Positions 20,501 through 28,461 of a stretch of DNA of 64,000 nucleotides are shown here, one piece after another; positions within the stretch are counted from its first letter, which is position 1; every line of letters starts with the position of its first letter. The stretch covers positions 572,664 to 636,663 of the forward strand of contig OY762964.1 in assembly GCA_963667035.1 (NCBI GenBank). The letters are read 5' to 3'. The notes beneath the pieces are model-generated. The model was not told where the DNA came from. It saw only the letters and a program-made list of their open reading frames with translations, and did not search any database. The position numbers were made by a program, and so were the translations under genes. This DNA comes from Candidatus Cloacimonadales bacterium. GTDB lineage: Bacteria; Cloacimonadota; Cloacimonadia; Cloacimonadales; JAFGVF01.

Positions 20501-22105
20501 ATGACAAAATTTACTGACATGGCCTTGCCCGAACAGTTAATTCATGCTGTTACTGATTTAAACTTTATTACTCCGACCGAGATTCAACAAAAGGCAATTC
20601 CATGGCTTTTAGAGAATAAGACCGATTTGATTGCTCTATCACAGACAGGAACAGGTAAGACTGCTGCTTTCGGATTACCTCTTTTGGCTCGAGTTGAACC
20701 AAGAAACAAAAGTGTCCAAGCATTAATCCTCTGTCCTACAAGAGAGCTTTGTATGCAGATTACCAAAGACCTGGAAAACTATGGAAAATATACTAAAGAT
20801 ATAAAAATATGTGCTGTTTACGGAGGAGCTTCTATAATACGCCAGAAAGAACAACTTAAAAAAGGTGTGCATATTGTGGTAGGAACTCCCGGACGTGTTT
20901 TTGATATGCTAAGACAAAAGGCTTTAAAGCTGGGTGGACTTGAGACATTAATACTTGATGAAGCTGATGAAATGCTTAACATGGGTTTCAAAGAAGAGTT
21001 ATTCAGCATTATGGAGTTTACTCCGGAGGAAAAGCAATCTGTGCTTTTCTCTGCAACAATGCCTAATGAAGTTGTGAGACTTGCAAGAGAATTCATGCAA
21101 GACGCACATAGAATAGAAGCAAGTCCTCAGATTAAAGGTGCTGAGAATATAAAGCATTATTACTATAAAGTTCATGCGAAAGATAAATATAAAGCACTTA
21201 AGAGAATTGCTGATATAAATCCGGACATTTATGGTATTGTTTTTTGTAAAACTCGTAAAGAGACTCAAGAAATTGCTGATAAGCTTCAACATGACGGTTA
21301 CAATGCCGATGCTATCCATGGTGATTTATCTCAAGCTCAGAGAGAATATGTCATGAATAGATTCCATAGCAGACACATTCAATTACTTGTAGCAACTGAT
21401 GTAGCTGCAAGAGGTATTGATGTGGATGATTTAACTCATATAATCAACTATCATCCTCCGATGGAAGCCGATATTTATATACATCGTTCAGGTAGAACTG
21501 GAAGAGCCGGTAAAAGTGGTGTGTCTGTTACAATTATTCATAGTCGTGAAATGGGACAGATGAAAGCTATTCAACGTAGACTTGGTCGAGAAATTGAATG
21601 GTTGCATGTTCCAACCGGAAAAGAGGTTTGTGAGAAGCAATTGTTTAATCTGGTAGATAAAATTCAACAATTTGAGGTTGATGAAGAACAGATTGAGCCG
21701 TTTGTCGATGTAGTTTATAAAAAACTCGGATGGTTGAGTAGAGAAGACTTGATTAAGAAATTTATTTCTGTTGAATTTGATAGATTCCTTCAATATTATA
21801 AAGATGCGGAGGATATTGACTATGAAGTTACTCCTAGATTTGAGCGAAATAGATCAGGAGTTGAATTCAAGAAATTCCAACTAAATATCGGGTCTATCGA
21901 TGGACTCACAAAGAAGAATTTCTTAGGTTTCATTAATCGTATGAAGATAACAAATTCTATTGAAGTTGGACAAATTGATATTTTTAATAAGAAGACGATT
22001 GTAGAATTGGATGCCAATTTCGAGGGAAAAATCTTGAAAGTGCTCAATACAAGACAGTTCAATCGTCGTCCTATAGTTGCAAAGGTATTTAAAGGGAGAA
22101 AATGA
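20501..22105 (+). CDS. DEAD-box ATP-dependent RNA helicase with a C-terminal DbpA-type RNA-binding domain
   Basis: Q-motif region, Walker A SQTGTGKTAAF, DEAD box (LDEADEML), SAT, HRSGRTGRAG, and a C-terminal RRM-like extension. ATG at 20501 with an AGGAAAAAG RBS. Confidence 0.85.
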   Translation: MTKFTDMALPEQLIHAVTDLNFITPTEIQQKAIPWLLENKTDLIALSQTGTGKTAAFGLPLLARVEPRNKSVQALILCPTRELCMQITKDLENYGKYTKDIKICAVYGGASIIRQKEQLKKGVHIVVGTPGRVFDMLRQKALKLGGLETLILDEADEMLNMGFKEELFSIMEFTPEEKQSVLFSATMPNEVVRLAREFMQDAHRIEASPQIKGAENIKHYYYKVHAKDKYKALKRIADINPDIYGIVFCKTRKETQEIADKLQHDGYNADAIHGDLSQAQREYVMNRFHSRHIQLLVATDVAARGIDVDDLTHIINYHPPMEADIYIHRSGRTGRAGKSGVSVTIIHSREMGQMKAIQRRLGREIEWLHVPTGKEVCEKQLFNLVDKIQQFEVDEEQIEPFVDVVYKKLGWLSREDLIKKFISVEFDRFLQYYKDAEDIDYEVTPRFERNRSGVEFKKFQLNIGSIDGLTKKNFLGFINRMKITNSIEVGQIDIFNKKTIVELDANFEGKILKVLNTRQFNRRPIVAKVFKGRK

Positions 22106-23493
22106 ACCCCAAACATAGACCCGGCGGAATAGCAGAAATGCTGGCTATTGCTCTTCCCATGGTTATTTCCATGGCATGCGACGGAGTAATGGTTTTTACC
22201 GATAGACTCTTTTTAGCGAGTCTAAGTCCGGTACATATGAATGCAGCAATGGGTGGTGGTGTTATGATTTCCACTTTTACATTGTTCTTCGTAGGCTTAA
22301 CCGGATATTCTACCGCATTAGTCGCTCAATATCTTGGAGCGGGATTGAAGAAAAAATCAGCGAATGTGACTTTTCAAGCCATTATCATCTCTTTGCTTTC
22401 TTTCCCCGTTTTTGTTCTGGTAAGACCCTTGGCAGGATTGCTCTTCAGTTTGATGAAGATTCCTCCTGAACAGCTTGTTTTACAGAATCAATATTTTAAT
22501 ATCCTGATTCTGGGGTCAGTATTTGCAATCCTTAGAAACAGCTTCAGCTGTTTCTTTTCAGGGATTGGTAAAACCAAATACGTTATGATTTCGGCAATTG
22601 GAGCCATGGTCGTTAATGTAATAGCAAATTATTGCCTGATATTTGGCAAATTTGGAGCACCTGCCTTAGGTATTAGAGGTGCAGCTATCGGTACAATCAT
22701 AGGTAGTATTTTTGGTATGATCCTATTGATGTTTGCATATTTCTCAAAGAATAATAGAGAAGAATACAATGTTATGGCATCCTCTAAGTTTAATATGGAT
22801 ATGATGAAGAAACTTCTTTATTACGGATCTCCTCAAGGTTTTGAAAGCTTATTGAATATGCTTGCCTTCTCAATTATGGTTTACATATTTTATGCTCAAG
22901 GTAATGTCGTTGCAACTGCAACAACCGTGATGTTTAACTGGGACTACGTCTCATTTATTCCGCTTATTGGAGTTGAAATTGGTGTAACAAGTCTGGTAGG
23001 GAGATACATGGGAGCTGGCGATCCTGATACAGCACATAAAGCTACAATGTCTGGGATAAAAACAGGTTTCCTGTATTCTGCGTTGTGTTTCCTTCTATTC
23101 TTCCTGATTCCTGAACCACTCGTGAGAATGTTTAAACCGAATGAAACTGTTGAGATTTTTGAACAAGCAGTACCAATAGCTGTTATGATGCTCAGAATTG
23201 CTACTCTATATATTTTAGCTGAATCAGTTATGATAAGCTTTGTAGGGGCTTTAAGAGGAGCAGGAGATACTTACTGGGCGATGCGTTCATCAGTGATTTT
23301 ACACTGGTTGTTTGTACCGATTATTTGGGTGTCTTTCAATGTTTTCCATTTCTCAGCAATCACTGGTTGGATTATCCTGGTATCATTTATACTTATATTC
23401 TGCCTTGTCTTCGCCTGGAGATACTATAAGGGAAAATGGCGAACCTTAAAAGTTATCGAAACTCCGGGAGTTGATTTTCCCGAATATTTATAA
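22102..23493 (+). CDS. MATE-family efflux transporter
   Basis: 12-TM protein with two repeated 6-TM halves, about 460 aa, typical of MATE/NorM. Its start overlaps the helicase stop. Confidence 0.65.
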   Translation: MNPKHRPGGIAEMLAIALPMVISMACDGVMVFTDRLFLASLSPVHMNAAMGGGVMISTFTLFFVGLTGYSTALVAQYLGAGLKKKSANVTFQAIIISLLSFPVFVLVRPLAGLLFSLMKIPPEQLVLQNQYFNILILGSVFAILRNSFSCFFSGIGKTKYVMISAIGAMVVNVIANYCLIFGKFGAPALGIRGAAIGTIIGSIFGMILLMFAYFSKNNREEYNVMASSKFNMDMMKKLLYYGSPQGFESLLNMLAFSIMVYIFYAQGNVVATATTVMFNWDYVSFIPLIGVEIGVTSLVGRYMGAGDPDTAHKATMSGIKTGFLYSALCFLLFFLIPEPLVRMFKPNETVEIFEQAVPIAVMMLRIATLYILAESVMISFVGALRGAGDTYWAMRSSVILHWLFVPIIWVSFNVFHFSAITGWIILVSFILIFCLVFAWRYYKGKWRTLKVIETPGVDFPEYL

Positions 23494-23499
23494 AGATTA

Positions 23500-23529
23500 A
23501 AAGTGACTCGGAATTGAGTCACTTTTTTT
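23500..23529 (+). terminator. rho-independent terminator
   Basis: AAAAGTGACTC-ggaatt-GAGTCACTTTTTTT perfect hairpin plus a U tract, immediately after the MATE gene. Confidence 0.8.
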
Positions 23530-23703
23530 ATGAATGGGCTATTGATGCATAAATAGAACTCTTCTCACAATAGAAACATATTCAAATCATTATTCATGCA
23601 AGTAAGATAACAAAGAATAATAGTTAAAAGTAAAAACTTTAATTGACTTAATTAGTAATCTTTCATATCTTTGATATTAATCAATGGAGGATAACTATTT
23701 ATT

Positions 23704-24954
23704 ATGTATTTACTACAAAAGATTACTGGAAACAAGTTTAACCGAATTAATTCAATTATTGATTCATATAATTATACTCAGAATAATTTCATCAATCTTA
23801 TTGCCTGTGTATGTTATATTTTTCCAGAAGTTATAGAAGCGATGAAATTCCCATTATCCACTTTGCCAACAGAAGGATTAATGAATAATAGATATTTCCC
23901 AACATATGATTATATGGAAAGAATTGAAGTATTATCACAAGAGCAAGCCTTGAAATTGTTTAAAATTAGTTCTGGTTATAAAGTAAACATACAACCACAT
24001 TCAGGAACTCAAGCTAACCATATTATTTACAATGCAATATTAAAGGATGGAGATAGGGTTATTAGCATGTCTCCTTTTGATGGCGGACATATTTCACACA
24101 CTAAATTAGCTGGAAGAAAATTAGAGTTACTTCATTTCTATTTGAATGACGACTACAAACTGGATTACAATCTGATTGAGAATATGATTATGGAGTTTAA
24201 ACCAACTCTGTTAATTGCAGGAGTTAGTTCTTATCCAAGAGAAATTGACTTCCAACTTCTATCACAGATATCACACAAGCATAATTGCTATATTCTTGCT
24301 GATATAAGTCATACTGCTATATTTGTTGCAGGAGAAGTACATAAAAACGTTTTCCCATATGTAGATTTTGCTACTTTCACTATGGAAAAAAACTTGAGAG
24401 GTCCTCATGGAGGAGTTATCATTTATAAAGAGAAATTTCACAAGGCAATATCATATTCAACATTCCCTATATCCCAAGGAGGTCCTATACAAAATATGCT
24501 TTTTGGTAAACTTGTTGCATTTGAATTACTAAATCAAACAAATGTTAAAGAATATGCTAATAGATTGGTTTCAAATGCCAGGAGTGTATCTAAAACATTA
24601 TTAGAGAGAGGTTGCGATGTTGTAACTTCAGGGACAGATAGTCACATAATCTTAGTTAATACTAAATCTCATGGACTTCTAGGTAATAAAGCTGAGAATA
24701 TCCTAGAAAAGAACAGAATTTTGGTAAATCGAAATCTGATTCCAAAAGATAAAGAGAAACCTTTAATTACTTCTGGGATTAGAATAGGGAGTACTACAAT
24801 TACTAATCTTAATTATGAGTTTGTAGACGTCATAAATTTATCCAATACTTTAGCTGATGTATTATTGAATAGAAAAACTGATGAACATAATGTAAGATAT
24901 CTATTGAACAAATACCATAGTAGTATCAATATCTCCAGTGAGGAGACAAAATAA
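23704..24954 (+). CDS. divergent serine hydroxymethyltransferase-fold PLP-dependent enzyme (SHMT/threonine-transaldolase-like paralog)
   Basis: Colinear with SHMT: NLIACVCY (vs LIASENYT), VNIQPHSGTQAN (vs ANVQPHSGSQAN), GGHISHT (vs GGHLTHG), DISHTA (vs DMAHVAG), and TMEKNLRGPHGG (vs TTHKTLRGPRGG, PLP-Lys retained). Several SHMT-invariant residues are substituted. Confidence 0.7.
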   Translation: MYLLQKITGNKFNRINSIIDSYNYTQNNFINLIACVCYIFPEVIEAMKFPLSTLPTEGLMNNRYFPTYDYMERIEVLSQEQALKLFKISSGYKVNIQPHSGTQANHIIYNAILKDGDRVISMSPFDGGHISHTKLAGRKLELLHFYLNDDYKLDYNLIENMIMEFKPTLLIAGVSSYPREIDFQLLSQISHKHNCYILADISHTAIFVAGEVHKNVFPYVDFATFTMEKNLRGPHGGVIIYKEKFHKAISYSTFPISQGGPIQNMLFGKLVAFELLNQTNVKEYANRLVSNARSVSKTLLERGCDVVTSGTDSHIILVNTKSHGLLGNKAENILEKNRILVNRNLIPKDKEKPLITSGIRIGSTTITNLNYEFVDVINLSNTLADVLLNRKTDEHNVRYLLNKYHSSINISSEETK

Positions 24955-27277
24955 ATAGAAATTGTATTAATCCATCATTTATAGGTAATTTAATAACTAG
25001 CTCATTACCTGTTTCTTTTCTTGCATTAAGTCTTGTTAGGAAATAGCTAGAGATTTGAATTGTTTTGTTAGTTACTAAACAACTTTCAATTGATACTAGA
25101 TTGTAACCTATACAAAACTGCATCCATGGATCTTGAATTTTAGTAACACATTCATACATTTTTTCTATTTCACTCTTAGCCATTAGAATATCCAATTCTT
25201 TTAAGGCAATATTAATAATAATCTGATTATTCGACAGCATTAATTGATCTAATATTAGTGACTTAGGATAAGAATCAATCGCTCTTTCGATGTATTCTTT
25301 TGCGATATCATATTTTCTATTTATCGTATATAAAGCAGCCATATTACACAATGGTTCAAAAATTTCATTAGAGTTTATTTGATTAAACAACTCTATGGAA
25401 TTTGATAAATTTCTCTCAGCTTCAGGATAACTGTGGTTCCATAAATAAACTAATCCTAAATTGTTTAGCGCAGTAGCTCTACCAAACAGAAAATTGTTTT
25501 GTCTGAAATAATTGTAAACACTTTTCAGATTTATAATAGCTTTCTCATAACTAAAATAATGTGCTGAGTTTCTTAAAATTACGAAATATGACTCATCATT
25601 GGTTGGTGGAAGATTATAGATTATTTCTTTTGCTTCTTTATCGTAGCAAAGGTGTTGGTAAATGTTTAACCTATACAAGATTGTTTCCAATTTGTTGTTA
25701 TCTAATTGAGTGCATACTTTTAACGCTTCTTTAAAGTGATAGGATTGAGTTAGGTACTTAACCTTATATAGCAAATAATCTGAAGTTTTTGCATAAGTTG
25801 TATCTTCAATAATTCTAATTGCTTCAATTCCTAAATAAATCTCAGAAGTTTTTTGAAATGAGTCAAGTAACTGAGTGACCGAGATATCTGGCAAAATGGT
25901 TATTATTTCTTTATACGCTTTATAAATAAGGATGATGTATTGATACATATTATTATTATATTGAATGTCGATTAGTCGTATAACGTAATCAAGTTTGGTC
26001 TTATATTGATTTATTGAAAAAATACCAACAAAGCAGTGGAGTATATAAGAATAATCATTAGGAGCTATGTTAGTATTAAACAGCTCCTCCATTGCAATCA
26101 AGATATCATCTCTAATCTGGAGAAACTCTTCATCAGTTAAACCTTTCTTTGTAGAAGTAATAATCTTCTCGTGAGCTGGTTTAAGAAGTTGTCCATTAGA
26201 ACTATTTAGTACTATGTATCCAATCTTTACCAAATCTCTAATGCTATCCTCAATAACATCATTTTCGTTTCCATTCAGAATAGACTTAAGTAACTCTATA
26301 ATGTATTTCTTTTTCATTCCTGCAGGAAACATTGATGAGATTGTTACCAAATATTTTTTTATATAAGGAAAATAGCATATTGTTTCTGTGATATCATAAA
26401 TACTTTTTCTTGTAGTTGGCTCTTTATAAGCATTTAAGAACAATTCCATTTCTTTTAAGTTACCTAATGTTTTTTCATAACACCTATTAGCAACGAACAT
26501 AGCTTCTTCATGATTGCAGTGTATAACTTTTTTTACTAATTCTATGATCTCATCAATGTTAAATTGAGAAAGGGATATGAGTAAACTACTTTTAGTAAAA
26601 GTAGAAGCAAGATTAAAATTATCAATATCTAAAATTGTTCTGTTAATAAATATAAAATTTATCTCTTTTTTTAATCGCGAAATATGAGACTCAAAAAGAG
26701 TTTTAGTATATTTAGGTAGAAATTGATAGTTATCTATGGCAATATAGGTTTTAGTTTTATTTGCTATATAATCTAAGTATTTATATAAGGTAATCATTAT
26801 ATCTGGTGTAGGATCATGAGAATTCTTTTTAAATAAATTTCTCGGGAAAAGCTCTTTTAAAGGTTTTCCAAATGAAGGTATTAATTCTAAAGTTGATGAG
26901 ATAGTTTTAACCAGTTTATTTATAGCAGACTTCTTTAATCCTGAGGATTTTAAAAAGGCAGGGAATGTACATCCTTTTAAAACATTTAGTGGATAGTTAA
27001 ATTCAAACGAATGCTCATTCCAAGCACAATAGATTAAATATTCAGCAAAAAGAGTAATAGTAAAATCATCATTACTCAAATCTATGTAAATCATAGTAAC
27101 ATCTTTTTGAATTGTATATATTGAATGCATTAACTCCTTTACTAGAAAAGTTTTTCCTGTACCAGAATTACCTTCTACGATAAGGAGTTTAGGTTGTTTC
27201 TTTTCTATATTCTTGAAAAAAGACATAGCAGAATCAATTAAGCATTGTCTCACAACGAATGGAAATCTAGAACCCAT
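24926..27277 (-). CDS. STAND/AAA+-type P-loop NTPase with a C-terminal TPR-like helical repeat domain
   Basis: Walker A EGNSGTGKTFLVKEL at residues about 33-47 and Walker B TYIAIDNYQF, followed by about 450 aa of Y/N/L-rich helical repeats. No HTH or N-terminal effector domain visible. It overlaps the SHMT-like gene 3' end convergently by 29 nt. Confidence 0.6.
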   Translation of the reverse strand: MGSRFPFVVRQCLIDSAMSFFKNIEKKQPKLLIVEGNSGTGKTFLVKELMHSIYTIQKDVTMIYIDLSNDDFTITLFAEYLIYCAWNEHSFEFNYPLNVLKGCTFPAFLKSSGLKKSAINKLVKTISSTLELIPSFGKPLKELFPRNLFKKNSHDPTPDIMITLYKYLDYIANKTKTYIAIDNYQFLPKYTKTLFESHISRLKKEINFIFINRTILDIDNFNLASTFTKSSLLISLSQFNIDEIIELVKKVIHCNHEEAMFVANRCYEKTLGNLKEMELFLNAYKEPTTRKSIYDITETICYFPYIKKYLVTISSMFPAGMKKKYIIELLKSILNGNENDVIEDSIRDLVKIGYIVLNSSNGQLLKPAHEKIITSTKKGLTDEEFLQIRDDILIAMEELFNTNIAPNDYSYILHCFVGIFSINQYKTKLDYVIRLIDIQYNNNMYQYIILIYKAYKEIITILPDISVTQLLDSFQKTSEIYLGIEAIRIIEDTTYAKTSDYLLYKVKYLTQSYHFKEALKVCTQLDNNKLETILYRLNIYQHLCYDKEAKEIIYNLPPTNDESYFVILRNSAHYFSYEKAIINLKSVYNYFRQNNFLFGRATALNNLGLVYLWNHSYPEAERNLSNSIELFNQINSNEIFEPLCNMAALYTINRKYDIAKEYIERAIDSYPKSLILDQLMLSNNQIIINIALKELDILMAKSEIEKMYECVTKIQDPWMQFCIGYNLVSIESCLVTNKTIQISSYFLTRLNARKETGNELVIKLPINDGLIQFLFILSPHWRY

Positions 27278-27293
27278 AATAAATAGTTATCAT

Positions 27294-28256
27294 TTATTCA
27301 TTCAACACCTCCTTACTCATTGAAAATTTCCGTCTTGGATGTTTTGAGTTTAGGATTTTCTTTTGGCTCTTTCTATTTACATGAGTATATATTTGGGTTG
27401 TATTGATTGAGCTATGTCCCAGAAAGTGTTGAATATACTTTATATCTACACCCTCTTCCAATAGAAGAGTAGCGAAGGTATGTCGGAAGGTATGAGGAGT
27501 GATTTTTTTATCTATTTTCGCTAATTTAACATATCTGTTTATCATAAATCGTACTGATTGAGCTGAAATGTTATTGTCTAATCTGTTAAGAAAAAAGTAG
27601 GTTCTATTAGGGTGATTTTTAGCAATTGCTATATCAAAGTTCCTAAGAGATTGAATAATTTCTTTACTACAGATATGTATGATTCTTTCTTTTGCTCCTT
27701 TCCCATAAACAATAATATGATTACTTTTTAGATCAATTTGATTGTGCTTGAGTGAACAAAGCTCCGAAATTCTTATTCCTGTTCCAAACAATAACTCTAG
27801 AATCGCAATATCCCTACAACATGAAGTGTAAGTATAGTGACTGGAGTTTATCATAGAGTTCTTAAAATTGTATGCAGAAGTAAGTATTCTTTTTACTTCG
27901 CTTAATGTTAGCACATTAGGTAGAGTTTTAGGAACCTTAAGTTTGATGCGTAGTTTCCTAAAAGGGTTTACAGCTATAATATCTTCAAATTCAAGATAGT
28001 TTAAGAATGATTTTAAAGACGCTATTTTCCTTTTAGCTGTTTTAACTTTGTATGAAGACACTAAAAATTCCACATACTGTCTGATTAATGCCTTGTCTAA
28101 ATTAGATATATCCGATTGAGAATCACCTGTCTTTTCATTAATAAAGTTCATGAATTGAGTAAAATCCGATTTATATGCCGATAAGGTTTTCTTACTTAGG
28201 TTCTTCTCATAAGTGCAATGAAAAGTAAACTGCTCCAAACATTCTTTAACTGTCAT
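27294..28256 (-). CDS. tyrosine site-specific recombinase (XerC/XerD/integrase family)
   Basis: C-terminal catalytic motifs HTFRHTFAT…LGHSSINTTQIYTHV (R…HxxR…Y) and an N-terminal SAM-like core-binding domain. Lies 17 nt upstream of, and co-oriented with, the STAND NTPase. Confidence 0.85.
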   Translation of the reverse strand: MTVKECLEQFTFHCTYEKNLSKKTLSAYKSDFTQFMNFINEKTGDSQSDISNLDKALIRQYVEFLVSSYKVKTAKRKIASLKSFLNYLEFEDIIAVNPFRKLRIKLKVPKTLPNVLTLSEVKRILTSAYNFKNSMINSSHYTYTSCCRDIAILELLFGTGIRISELCSLKHNQIDLKSNHIIVYGKGAKERIIHICSKEIIQSLRNFDIAIAKNHPNRTYFFLNRLDNNISAQSVRFMINRYVKLAKIDKKITPHTFRHTFATLLLEEGVDIKYIQHFLGHSSINTTQIYTHVNRKSQKKILNSKHPRRKFSMSKEVLNE

Positions 28257-28461
28257 TTAAACTCCCCAATTTAAATGTAGAACAACTTAGGAATATAGAA
28301 TATCATGTCTATAGTGAATTTGGAAAAGAGTAATCAATAGTTCCATGACTAACTATCAACTTTCATAATCTAATCAGTATGGTATCAGTTATGTTTCTCA
28401 ATAATCTGATTGACTAAACACGAAGGTCAGAAATATTCTCTGAGAATAAGGAGAGTATATT

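Noticed and set aside
27294-28256. Recombinase as a phage integrase adjacent to a tRNA attachment site
   Set aside because: No tRNA gene or obvious att-like direct repeat was found in the flanking intergenic regions (23494-23703, 28257-28461). It remains a generic tyrosine recombinase, possibly Xer-like.
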